Assembly: GCA_963793295.1 (NCBI GenBank) | Contig: CAWBZX010000031.1 | Span: forward strand, 45 to 64,044 | Origin: an uncultured Saprospiraceae bacterium | Lineage (GTDB): Bacteria; Bacteroidota; Bacteroidia; Chitinophagales; Saprospiraceae | Length of the DNA stretch: 64,000 nucleotides | Direction: 5' to 3' | Shown here: one piece after another, positions 8,735 to 17,677 of the stretch | Numbering within the stretch: position 1 is the first letter of the stretch | How the letters are laid out: every line of letters begins with the position of its first letter | Made by a program: the position numbers and the translations under genes | Notes under the pieces: generated by a model | Databases searched by the model: none | Told to the model about the DNA's origin: nothing | The model's input: only the letters and a program-made list of their open reading frames with translations

Positions 8735-11700
8735 ATCAATTCTTTGCTGGTCTGTTTAATCAAATGAGCTTCTGCGGATACCAATATTGCTTTTGAACTC
8801 GAAGTCTCCACAACATCCAAATTGGGTGACCTGTTTCCATCTTCATCAACATGATACATATTAAAATTAGTGATGAAATCGACATACTCCAGTCCGTCAA
8901 TAAAATTGATGATCACACTTTTGTGTATTCGCCCTCCAAAGGAAATATCTTTTGTCTTTTCGTAGGCCCAGGGCGTGAGAAACTTTTTCAGATCTTCATT
9001 CAAAACCTGTTTGTAAAATCCGAATTCAAAGGCTTTGTGGAACGAGATATCAAACTCCAATAAGATTTCTTCGTAATCTGGATTCTGTGCTAAAATTGTA
9101 GTGAAAAGTGAAGATTTAGAAGTTAAAAAATCCTGAATTTCTGTGAGGATATTGGCTCTGGCTTTTGGTTTTAATATATTGATTGTATTTCGGTTTTGAA
9201 GATCAGGAATACAGATCATGTAAACATTGCCCGGCGAAAGTTCAGAGGTGGCTGATGTATGATTCAGGCATTTGACTTTATAGATTTCCGGAAAGTTTTC
9301 GAGCACCAGATGCTCATAATCCCAAATCGTTATAGCTCTGTTTTTATGTCGCAACCGCTCGCTTACCCTTGTATAAAAATCACTTGCATTTTCTTCGGTT
9401 TTTCCACCAAAAGAAGAATAGGGCTGCTGTACTTTTTTAATAGAAGGCAGGCGATTGGCCATTTTTGAAATAGTCTCTCCTTCTAAAGCAGTTTCCAGAT
9501 GTTTTGGGTCATTGTTTTGATTATTAAAAACAACAGTGATTGCCTGTGGATGAACTCCTTTAAACTGACAAACTGCATCGGTTGACCCAGCTATTGATGC
9601 CCGAAGCCAGTAATAATCCTCGTCTAATAAAGTGTTGTCATCCGTGGCATATCTAGGAATTATAAATTTGATAATGCCGGAAGTTAACAGGTGATTGGTA
9701 TGGTCCGCTAAAAGATGATTTTCATCAAAATCCATCCAGTGATTATTGGACAAGATACTCCATTTAATATCTTGAGCAGTTCTTTCAGGATTTGCTGTTC
9801 CTTCGTCCAATTGGAGTAAAAGGTTCAATGACTGATTGGGTTCAATATCTTTTAAGCCAATATAAAATTCTCCAATGTTGGGGTGTTGGGGCAACAAATT
9901 AACAGAAGTGTTGTGTTCAAACGGGAGTTCTGCTTTTAGATAACTATGTTCCTCAGAATGACCAAACGGTGCCAGGTGAAAATACTGGATTTCTCGCTCT
10001 TCAAAAGTATTTTCGGCCGCAGCACTGACCTTCATGTCCACCTCTTCAGTCTCCGCATGATAATCGAGCGTTAGCGATTCGATGCTTGGCGTATATGGTT
10101 CATTGGGCAAAGGAATATTGGTGACATCCGGATTTACCTGCGAAGAAATAGCGATGGCGTACAAACTTGGAAAAGCTTTGTGCCCAAAATCCTTCTCCAG
10201 CGCAAGGCGGATGAAACCATCTTTTAGGAGTGGTGATAAATTTAGTTTGCGGAGAAATTTTATTCTTCTTTTGCGTTTGCGTTTTTTCTTTTTTACAATT
10301 CGTTTAAACCGGGTTCCTTTTTCAAATAGAGGAACAAAGCTTTTGGGGGTGATTGTCCGAACATGGCTCTGAAGATAAACCTGTCTTGACTTTTTTGAAG
10401 TTTTGCTGATCCGATAACCTCCTTTTCTAGCGGAAGAAGTAGCATTTGCATTGTTTGAAAAATCAATAAAAGTTTCTTTGGTCGCTGAATTGTTTTTAAA
10501 AAGGGTAACAGATTCCCGATAATCCCAGTTTTTCCCACTTAGTACCTGAAGTTTGGCTTTAAAGCTCTCATTATTGGCAACTCCGTGTCCATTTTTGTAA
10601 TTTTTATAATGATTTTTTAAAGAAAGCGGCAAATCTTTCCACCTTGTATTTAATTGAAACGAAATCAATTTTTTGGTAAAAGCTTCTTTTGATCCAATGT
10701 AAAAATTAGAGCCAAACGTTGGGACCGGGCCAAATGGTAAAAATGGTTTGGAAGCATCCAGCAAACCCAGATCATTTTCGATGGTCAGGTTTTTAATACC
10801 GGTGACTTCTGCTTCAATTTTTAATTTTAGTAGTGTTGTGTTTTCTAATTGTGTAAAGGTTTCAGGCGAAGTTCCCGGATTCAGAACTATTCTCACAATT
10901 GGCGACTGAGAGTTAAAACCTCCTGATAAAACCGCTGGATTGTAATTCACAATCGCCTCTTCGTCGTTTGGGATTTCAAATTGAAGTTTTAATAAATAAG
11001 CACTAGAAGTTCTATCCACTTTTGAAATGGAAGATTCGTCATTCAAGTGAAAGGGCCCCAGCCAATCTTCTGCTCCGCTTGCGTAAATTTCGAAGCCGCT
11101 CCTCATTTGTTCTTCTGTAATGGATATAGCTTCCGGACTAAAAAGGGTCATCAGCAAGGAAACGGTCCTGACTCCTTCGTGCAGCTCCAGAATCGGAGAA
11201 GCCAGTGCAAAACCTATCGATGACACGGGAAGCAGGTCGTTTCCAAAGGCATCCCATGAGTCATTTTCGTCGATAGGTTCCTCTCCAAATCCGTCAGCTG
11301 AATTTGCGACTGCAGCGATATGTAATTGATTTTCATTTCGGTAGACAGAACGCAGCAGTTCGACTTTAGCTTTATTGATCACCGTATCTTCTTCTGCAGC
11401 ATAGGTCAGTGGCATTCCAATTGCATCCTTGCCGGCCAGAAATTTGGTTCCTTTTTCCAGCAATTGCTGCGAAGCATTTTTGGCCAATTCGATGATCAAA
11501 TGCGCTTTGTCGGGTTCTTCCCTTTTTTCTTTTAATTGAAGGACTTTTTTATAATAGAAATCAAGATGTCTGCCGGTGAGTGTATTTAGCTGATTTTGTG
11601 CGTGAGAGAACAATTTTAAGAAGCAAAGAAACAGTGCAAAATGTGGTTCATTGTTAGCGCTGGCTTCAATTTCTTCAATTGATTTTTCATTGATAATATC

Positions 11701-11907
11701 CCAGAAGGTTTCCCAGTTGCCATCGAAGTCATTTTCATTATTGAAATAATTGATCTGGCCCGCAAGTCGGAATGCATACTGAAGCAAATCCTCCGTGGAG
11801 CGATCATCTAATTTGGCAAATGATGGATCAAGCGCCAATAACTTTCGCTGCTGGCGGCTCAGGCCGCCTCTTTGTAATGGATTTTTATGATCACATTTTT
11901 CTTTCAT
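8725..11907 (-). CDS. Baseplate J / gp47 (gp6-like) family protein, Afp11-like
   Basis: 1060 aa. C-terminal region RAITIWDYEHLVLENFPEIYKVKCLNH is typical of the Baseplate_J domain. The N-terminal LDDRSTEDLLQYAFRLAGQINYF...DGNWETFW segment is common in CIS baseplate proteins. Follows gp25 directly. Contains a polybasic insert KRIVKKKKRKRKRRIKFLRK. Confidence 0.7.
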   Translation of the reverse strand: MKEKCDHKNPLQRGGLSRQQRKLLALDPSFAKLDDRSTEDLLQYAFRLAGQINYFNNENDFDGNWETFWDIINEKSIEEIEASANNEPHFALFLCFLKLFSHAQNQLNTLTGRHLDFYYKKVLQLKEKREEPDKAHLIIELAKNASQQLLEKGTKFLAGKDAIGMPLTYAAEEDTVINKAKVELLRSVYRNENQLHIAAVANSADGFGEEPIDENDSWDAFGNDLLPVSSIGFALASPILELHEGVRTVSLLMTLFSPEAISITEEQMRSGFEIYASGAEDWLGPFHLNDESSISKVDRTSSAYLLKLQFEIPNDEEAIVNYNPAVLSGGFNSQSPIVRIVLNPGTSPETFTQLENTTLLKLKIEAEVTGIKNLTIENDLGLLDASKPFLPFGPVPTFGSNFYIGSKEAFTKKLISFQLNTRWKDLPLSLKNHYKNYKNGHGVANNESFKAKLQVLSGKNWDYRESVTLFKNNSATKETFIDFSNNANATSSARKGGYRISKTSKKSRQVYLQSHVRTITPKSFVPLFEKGTRFKRIVKKKKRKRKRRIKFLRKLNLSPLLKDGFIRLALEKDFGHKAFPSLYAIAISSQVNPDVTNIPLPNEPYTPSIESLTLDYHAETEEVDMKVSAAAENTFEEREIQYFHLAPFGHSEEHSYLKAELPFEHNTSVNLLPQHPNIGEFYIGLKDIEPNQSLNLLLQLDEGTANPERTAQDIKWSILSNNHWMDFDENHLLADHTNHLLTSGIIKFIIPRYATDDNTLLDEDYYWLRASIAGSTDAVCQFKGVHPQAITVVFNNQNNDPKHLETALEGETISKMANRLPSIKKVQQPYSSFGGKTEENASDFYTRVSERLRHKNRAITIWDYEHLVLENFPEIYKVKCLNHTSATSELSPGNVYMICIPDLQNRNTINILKPKARANILTEIQDFLTSKSSLFTTILAQNPDYEEILLEFDISFHKAFEFGFYKQVLNEDLKKFLTPWAYEKTKDISFGGRIHKSVIINFIDGLEYVDFITNFNMYHVDEDGNRSPNLDVVETSSSKAILVSAEAHLIKQTSKELICQ

Positions 11908-11909
11908 TG

Positions 11910-12359
11910 CTAGACGTTAGAACCTTCTTTTTTATAAAAAGGAAATACAAAATTTTCTCTCGAATTGGTTGCTCTGATTTTATAATTGATCACAATCAAT
12001 AGGATTCCTTCATTAACATTATCTTTTTTGTATTCGATCGATTCCATATCAATTCTCGGCTCATGGTATAAAATGGCTATTCGGATGAGTTCGGTGATGA
12101 ATGTTTCAAAAGTGGTGTCCATAGACTCGAAAACCAGTTCGTCCAGATTGCAACCGTAGTTTGGAACCATAATCCGCTCTCCCAGGCGTGTCGTCAACAG
12201 GATGTTCAAACTGCTTTTGATATCCTCCACATCTGAGATCATTTTCACCCTTTTGGCTTTACGATCAAATGATGGCGGAAAACTCCAACCAGTTCCTAAA
12301 AATGTTGTTTCTGGTGATTTTGCCATATTTTTTAATTTTAAAAGGCGCTTAACCTCCAA
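11910..12359 (-). CDS. GPW/gp25-family baseplate protein (Afp9-like)
   Basis: 149 aa. GTGWSFPPSFD...DIKSSLNILLTTRLGERIMVPNYGCNLDELVFE matches the gp25/GPW signature. Confidence 0.85.
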   Translation of the reverse strand: MEVKRLLKLKNMAKSPETTFLGTGWSFPPSFDRKAKRVKMISDVEDIKSSLNILLTTRLGERIMVPNYGCNLDELVFESMDTTFETFITELIRIAILYHEPRIDMESIEYKKDNVNEGILLIVINYKIRATNSRENFVFPFYKKEGSNV

Positions 12360-12639
12360 TCATTACTGTCAGTGCTCCCGCTACGATTGTGCCTCCATGA
12401 GCAGTTGAATCTCCCATTCTGGCAGCAGGTATTCCCCCAATTAGCACAGTGCCGGAACCCATGACTATCGTGTCAGGAGGTCCAACACAAGTGACCATGT
12501 CTCCGATTACCGCTGCGGGCATACCCGCGATAAGAACCGTTGGAGCACCTGGTCCGATGATAGGCCCGCCAACATGTGGAACTACACCTGTGAACATCGG
12601 ACATACATGCATATCTGTAATTCTTGCTGCTGGTGGCAT
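12349..12639 (-). CDS. PAAR-domain spike-tip protein (Afp10-like)
   Basis: 96 aa and Gly/Pro-rich, with PAAR motifs (MPPAARITD, GIPAARMGD, GMPAAVIGD). Immediately downstream of VgrG. Confidence 0.9.
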   Translation of the reverse strand: MPPAARITDMHVCPMFTGVVPHVGGPIIGPGAPTVLIAGMPAAVIGDMVTCVGPPDTIVMGSGTVLIGGIPAARMGDSTAHGGTIVAGALTVMIGG

Positions 12640-12649
12640 ATTTTTGTTT

Positions 12650-14398
12650 TTAATTAATTTGAACTATTCCGCCTTTGACAGTTGTAGAGCCTCCAGCGCT
12701 TAATTCCGCGGTGGCGGAGCCCTCTGCTTTGAGCGCTACGTTTGCTTTTAGGTTGATATTCAATCCTTCGATATTGACATCTCCTGTTGCTTTGATATTG
12801 ATATCTGAGGCACTGTCCATAGTTATTCCATCCGAATCCATGTGGATTTTATTACCATTTTCGTCTTCAATAATTATTGAGCCTTCATCCTCAGAAAGTT
12901 GTATTTTATTTCCTTTGGGTGTTTCAATTAAAATTGATTTTTTATCATCATCAAAAAGTAATTTCATTTCACTTCGGGTCACAAATCCTTTTTCATGATT
13001 ATCATCCGTAGCGGTTATCGGTGCTGGTTTGGAACTGCTGTGAAGCATGCCCAAAACGATGGCTTCGCCGGGGTCGTCATTAATAAAGCCTACGATCACT
13101 TCGTCGCCAATTTCCGGTCGAAAGAAAGCGCCGCGGTTTTCTCCGGCATCAAGACTGGCAACCCTTGCCCAAATCCCCTGTTCTTCTTGATTGATGATTG
13201 GTAATCTGACTAAAATGCGATCTTCACCATCGGGATCATTCTCCAGTTGAGTGACCACACCAACCTGCAGTCCTTTTATGGCGGGAAAAAGGCCCGATGC
13301 TTCGGGATGACCGATGTCAAATTTTTCGGTAAACCACTCCGGATTAAAACCGAATTGCACATCGGTGAGCCAATTTCCTTCAGCGATTTGGTGGCGGACT
13401 GCGCTAACAAATACCTTTCCATTGAAGCGGTCACCTAGGCCTTGCAGTTCTATCAAATCACCAGGGATTACCTGTGGTGAACCTTGAAATTTTACACGTC
13501 CCTGTACTTTTGCCATACGGTTTCGGAGCAGTTGAGCATCTGCCCAGGCCTGTAATTCTGAGCTATCCGCTTTCCCACCATGTTGCATTGAAAAGTGATC
13601 TAAACCAATCACATCAGCTAAATCGGAAGCAGCTAAATTGCCGTTTTCTTCAATGGTGGGATTTGCTGCATCTACTTCAATCAGCTCCTGGTTTCCATAG
13701 TCCCAGGCTTTTGATTTTACTTCATTGTACTGAAAACGGGCATCTATCTCTGCTTCAAATTCGAAAATTGTCTGTCCATAATTTAATTGGATCACTGGGT
13801 CTTGATTGTAATCCGGGTCAGCAATTTTAATCGTTTCATCATCAATGATACAGATCTTACCATTCACTTCAGCTCTGTTAATAATGAAATCCCAGTCAGT
13901 AGAATGATATTGCACCAATTCGGCATGAGTAGTTGTGGTATCACTGATGTCCGTTGCAATGGAATAATTACCAATAATTTGCTCAATGACCTCGCTATCT
14001 TTTGATTCATAGAAGTATTTACTTTTCCTGCCTACGGTCATTTTAATCGCCGAAGCTTTGCAATCAATACTTAAAACAGATGCACCATTGGCATTGATCT
14101 TAATGGCATGTTTTATAATGATTCCTTTAAAAATAGAGTTGTCGTCAGAATCATATCCTGTGAAAATTTCGATTGTTTTTCCCGGAATGAAAAGATCCTG
14201 ATTGCTCCAATTGAAATCTTGCTCCGCAGCATCTCCATCGATTAACATTACATTAGCTGTAGGAATGCGATTGACTTCTTTGTGGGCTACAATACTCAAT
14301 ACACTGACCGTATCAGGGATTCGTTCTCCATCAATTTGGATAGAGAATGTAACGAGATTTTGAAATCTTGAAGGTCTTATTGCTCTTCTGTTTGCCAC
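12650..14398 (-). CDS. VgrG / phage late control gpD-like spike protein (Afp8-like)
   Basis: 582 aa with a gpD-like N-terminal half. gp5 OB-fold-like segment GLQVGVVTQLENDPDGEDRILVRLP...GAFFRPEIGDEVIVGFINDDPGEAIVLGMLHS. C-terminal beta-helix-like repeats (IIIEDENGNKIHMDSDGITMDS...). Confidence 0.9.
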   Translation of the reverse strand: MANRRAIRPSRFQNLVTFSIQIDGERIPDTVSVLSIVAHKEVNRIPTANVMLIDGDAAEQDFNWSNQDLFIPGKTIEIFTGYDSDDNSIFKGIIIKHAIKINANGASVLSIDCKASAIKMTVGRKSKYFYESKDSEVIEQIIGNYSIATDISDTTTTHAELVQYHSTDWDFIINRAEVNGKICIIDDETIKIADPDYNQDPVIQLNYGQTIFEFEAEIDARFQYNEVKSKAWDYGNQELIEVDAANPTIEENGNLAASDLADVIGLDHFSMQHGGKADSSELQAWADAQLLRNRMAKVQGRVKFQGSPQVIPGDLIELQGLGDRFNGKVFVSAVRHQIAEGNWLTDVQFGFNPEWFTEKFDIGHPEASGLFPAIKGLQVGVVTQLENDPDGEDRILVRLPIINQEEQGIWARVASLDAGENRGAFFRPEIGDEVIVGFINDDPGEAIVLGMLHSSSKPAPITATDDNHEKGFVTRSEMKLLFDDDKKSILIETPKGNKIQLSEDEGSIIIEDENGNKIHMDSDGITMDSASDINIKATGDVNIEGLNINLKANVALKAEGSATAELSAGGSTTVKGGIVQIN

Positions 14399-14403
14399 TG
14401 ATC

Positions 14404-15081
14404 TTATTTTTTAATTGGAGGGAAAAAAACTTTTTGCCCTATTTCCAGATTTCTAAAATTGGTAATTTCATTGACTCTGGCTACCTGGAGATATAAGTCG
14501 GAATCTCCATAAATTTTGTAGCACATTAAAGGCAAAGTATCTCCTTGCTTGACCATTCGAATGTGAGTGAGATCAGGAGAGTTGTTGTTTTCTTCTCTGA
14601 CCCGTTGTTCCTCTTCCCGGAATTCCTCAAAAGCAGCTCTTGCTGTAGCTCTCAAAGGAACTCCATCCGGACGAAATAATTTATAATTAATGCTGAGACT
14701 GGTCAAACAACATTTGAAAAGAAGCTTACCCCAACTGAGTATTAAAAAACGGGTTCTATGGATATTTCCATCATAACCAAGTGCAACTTCCCTTAATTTG
14801 TCTACGTCCTTCTGAACACCATCTTCACCAATGTCTCCGGCTCCTACGATAGCTCCGGTTCGGTCAAACAGAAATTCAAAATCGAGTTTTTGCGGTTTGA
14901 TTTTATCAAATTTCAGTTCGTGCCCACTGGTTCCCGGTGTTTGGTTTTCAGCAAATTGCACTTCATAATTCAGGGTGTAATTTCCTGGATTAAGCAATAC
15001 GGTAAACTCATCCACCTTTTGGTTGAATGTCGGATCCGAATAAGCATGGATCTTCATTTTAGGTGTTCCGATCAAATCCAT
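14404..15081 (-). CDS. LysM-domain tube initiator / baseplate hub protein (Afp7-like)
   Basis: 225 aa with a tube-like N-terminal half. C-terminal LysM: HIRMVKQGDTLPLMCYKIYGDSDLYLQVARVNEITNFRNLEIGQKVFFP. Confidence 0.8.
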   Translation of the reverse strand: MDLIGTPKMKIHAYSDPTFNQKVDEFTVLLNPGNYTLNYEVQFAENQTPGTSGHELKFDKIKPQKLDFEFLFDRTGAIVGAGDIGEDGVQKDVDKLREVALGYDGNIHRTRFLILSWGKLLFKCCLTSLSINYKLFRPDGVPLRATARAAFEEFREEEQRVREENNNSPDLTHIRMVKQGDTLPLMCYKIYGDSDLYLQVARVNEITNFRNLEIGQKVFFPPIKK

Positions 15082-15249
15082 CTACCTTTCTTTTTTATTT
15101 TCTAGCATTTTAGAAACCTGCTCCAGGCATTCATTGATCAATGCCTTCTTGTCAAATCTTGGTGTAGGGATTCCATTTCCATGAGGTGCTCCGTTTTGCG
15201 GCTCAGGATTTACGTTGACTTTTACTGATAACTCTCTGATTTCTATCAT
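15082..15249 (-). CDS. Small DUF5908-like protein (Afp6 position), absent from the supplied ORF track
   Basis: Hand translation: MIEIRELSVKVNVNPEPQNGAPHGNGIPTPRFDKKALINECLEQVSKMLENKKER (55 aa). Its TAG stop abuts the ATG of the LysM gene (TAGATG). The start lies 4 nt after the preceding tube gene. The IEIRELxVKV start is what I recall for DUF5908 proteins in eCIS loci. Confidence 0.6.
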   Translation of the reverse strand: MIEIRELSVKVNVNPEPQNGAPHGNGIPTPRFDKKALINECLEQVSKMLENKKER

Positions 15250-15253
15250 ATTA

Positions 15254-15703
15254 TCACATTTTTAGTAACTTAAAATATTGATACTTCAATTCAATGGTTT
15301 CTATCGCTAACTGGCTTTTTTCGGCATCAAAACCTGAAATGGACCATTTTAATGGAAAAGCATTGACTACATTCCAGGACATCAGGGGAACATGAGTTTC
15401 ATCGAGCAGAGAGACGACAAGATTTACCGGTTTTACTTCCATATTGTTGAAAGTATCCATGCACCAATCGATGACTTTTGAATCCGTAAGAAGTCCTCTT
15501 TTTAGAATCAGATTTGAATAGTTGGCCCGAACCGGAAGGGTATGGATAAATCGGTTTTCGCCACCTTCTTTGTAAGTTTCAGTTTCCAGATTTACATTTA
15601 GTCCTGAAACAGATTGAAAGTGAAAATCAGGAGCCATTTTAAAATCCAAAAATCCGACTAAAAAATGAAAACTAACCGGTGTGTAGTCAAGCAAAGCTGC
15701 CAT
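15254..15703 (-). CDS. Tail tube protein paralogue 2 (T4 gp19-like; Afp5-like)
   Basis: 149 aa. PVSFHFLVGF...FHFQSVSGLNVNLETETYKEGGEN matches the phage tail tube / Hcp-like family pattern. Confidence 0.85.
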   Translation of the reverse strand: MAALLDYTPVSFHFLVGFLDFKMAPDFHFQSVSGLNVNLETETYKEGGENRFIHTLPVRANYSNLILKRGLLTDSKVIDWCMDTFNNMEVKPVNLVVSLLDETHVPLMSWNVVNAFPLKWSISGFDAEKSQLAIETIELKYQYFKLLKM

Positions 15704-15706
15704 CGA

Positions 15707-16141
15707 TTAATCGTTTTGAATGACCAAACCTTCATGCGCGAGTTCCATTGATTCGATAGCTACTTCATTTCCATCAGACTTCAGGTCAGTAGATTGAACC
15801 TTTGTTGGCCAGGCGTTTTTTACTTTCCAAACGATCACCGGTTCGTGTGATTCATTCAAAAGGGAGATCGTAAGATCTCGCCTTTCAATTTGATTGAGTT
15901 GAACAGTATTGAACCAAAAATAGAATTCATTGTCTGATTGGAAGGTGCCTCGCTTAAGCGTAATGTTTGAATACTTTCGCATTCCGGGCATTTTGGTTTT
16001 GTGGTATTCAGGACTAGCGCCGTGGCGATATTCGATCACTTCGGTTTCAACATCGAGACCTGAGACTTCTGTGAATCCAATCTTAGAGCCTCCCCATTCA
16101 ACTTGAAAATGAAATTTTGGTAACGGATAATCTGCTGCCAT
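15707..16141 (-). CDS. Tail tube protein paralogue 1 (T4 gp19-like; Afp1-like)
   Basis: 144 aa. YPLPKFHFQVEWGGSKIGFTEVSGLDVETEVIEYRHG is the classic tube-protein N-terminus. Confidence 0.9.
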   Translation of the reverse strand: MAADYPLPKFHFQVEWGGSKIGFTEVSGLDVETEVIEYRHGASPEYHKTKMPGMRKYSNITLKRGTFQSDNEFYFWFNTVQLNQIERRDLTISLLNESHEPVIVWKVKNAWPTKVQSTDLKSDGNEVAIESMELAHEGLVIQND

Positions 16142-16178
16142 GATATTTTAATTTTTAATGTTTTTCTTAAATGATTAA

Positions 16179-17657
16179 TTAAGCTTCCTGCATTTTATGT
16201 GAAAATCGGAGAATGATAAACTCTGCCGGACGAACAGCTGCCATTCCAATTTCGACAATCATTCTTCCTTCAAGGATATCCTGAGCTGACATGGTTTCGC
16301 CAAGTCCTACTTTTACAAAAAAAGCTTGTTCAGGTTTAGCACCGGCTAAAGCGCCATCCCGCCATTGCAACGTGAGGAAATTTTCAATCATCGCCCTGAC
16401 TTTCACCCAGGTATTTGCATCATTGGGTTCAAAAACGAATTGCGCGGTTGCTTTTTTTACGGACTCTTCAACCATGTTAAAAAATCGTCGGACGGAAACA
16501 TAGCGCCACTCGTTATCATTTCCGGCAAGCGTTCTTGCTCCCCAGACCAGCGTTCCGCGACCTACAAAAGAGCGAATGGCATTGACACTTCTGCCACTTG
16601 TATGAACATTATAATCCATCTGATCTTCATGGGATATTTGAATCATTGGTTTCACAATGGCACCAACACCTACATTTGCGGGAGCTTTCCATACGCCACG
16701 TGTTCTGTCTACGGTCGCATAAATTCCAGCGATAAACGGACTTGGAGGTAGTTCGACTCGAAGTTTTCCGATCACTTCTTTAGCTTGTGTTTCCAGTTGG
16801 TTGGTAATGAGTGGATTAGAATCATCTTTTTCAGTTCCCCAATTTTTAGTGTCCAGTGGGCCGGCACTTCCGGTGCCATCATCAGGATGCGAAAAAGTAA
16901 CTCCAGCTTCGGCATAATCCGATCCGAGGTTGTAAGAAAAAATAGATTGTAGCCAAGGGTAATAAGCGGCACCATATTTTACATTGTCTCCAAGATTAGT
17001 TGTTGCTGCTCTGATCATTGTTACAGGGTTGTTCGGATCAGCAGGGGTAGGAGCAGCAGTATTGTTCATTTTTACATCAAGGATCGTAAAACGATCCTGT
17101 AAGGAAGCACATTCATCGAGCGCACTTTTATAAAGATTGTAATAATCAGAAGGCCCCAAAGATGCTGCATCCGGAAAAGCATAAAGTGTGATTTCATCAA
17201 CTTTTTTGGCAATGGTCAACCCGCCTTTATTGGAAGCCGTATTTGTGTTGTCCAATTTGTTTGCTGCGATGGCATCCGTATATGAACCAACTGAAATAAT
17301 ATAGCAAGGGCCTCCGCCATTTGCGAAAAAAGCTTGCATTGAATGATACATTTTATAATGAACGGTGGCAGCTAAACTAGCGGAAGCTGCAACAGTTTCA
17401 GTTGAACCATTGGCTAATTTGTTGGTGACCAGATTGACCGTAAAAGTCTGTGTTGGCGGGCCACCGTAAAGTTGCTCGAATTGTCTCATGGAAGTTATTC
17501 GGGTGGCTTTTCCGCGGAGGTCATCGTCTAATATCTCTTTTGCGATTTTTGTGTAACCGATGAATGCGGGAATTGCTGTTTCAACCTGAGCGACCGAAGG
17601 AGGAAACAAGGACACTTCTTCTACATAAACGCCGGGAGTTTTATAATTGCTAGGCAT
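16179..17657 (-). CDS. Contractile tail sheath protein (Afp2/3/4-like), single copy
   Basis: 492 aa. N-terminus YKTPGVYVEEVSLFPPSVAQVETAIPAFIGYT and C-terminal WKAPANVGV...VNAIRSF.GRGTLVWGARTL are canonical sheath motifs. Confidence 0.92.
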   Translation of the reverse strand: MPSNYKTPGVYVEEVSLFPPSVAQVETAIPAFIGYTKIAKEILDDDLRGKATRITSMRQFEQLYGGPPTQTFTVNLVTNKLANGSTETVAASASLAATVHYKMYHSMQAFFANGGGPCYIISVGSYTDAIAANKLDNTNTASNKGGLTIAKKVDEITLYAFPDAASLGPSDYYNLYKSALDECASLQDRFTILDVKMNNTAAPTPADPNNPVTMIRAATTNLGDNVKYGAAYYPWLQSIFSYNLGSDYAEAGVTFSHPDDGTGSAGPLDTKNWGTEKDDSNPLITNQLETQAKEVIGKLRVELPPSPFIAGIYATVDRTRGVWKAPANVGVGAIVKPMIQISHEDQMDYNVHTSGRSVNAIRSFVGRGTLVWGARTLAGNDNEWRYVSVRRFFNMVEESVKKATAQFVFEPNDANTWVKVRAMIENFLTLQWRDGALAGAKPEQAFFVKVGLGETMSAQDILEGRMIVEIGMAAVRPAEFIILRFSHKMQEA

Positions 17658-17677
17658 GTGTTAAAAAGTTTTAATTT

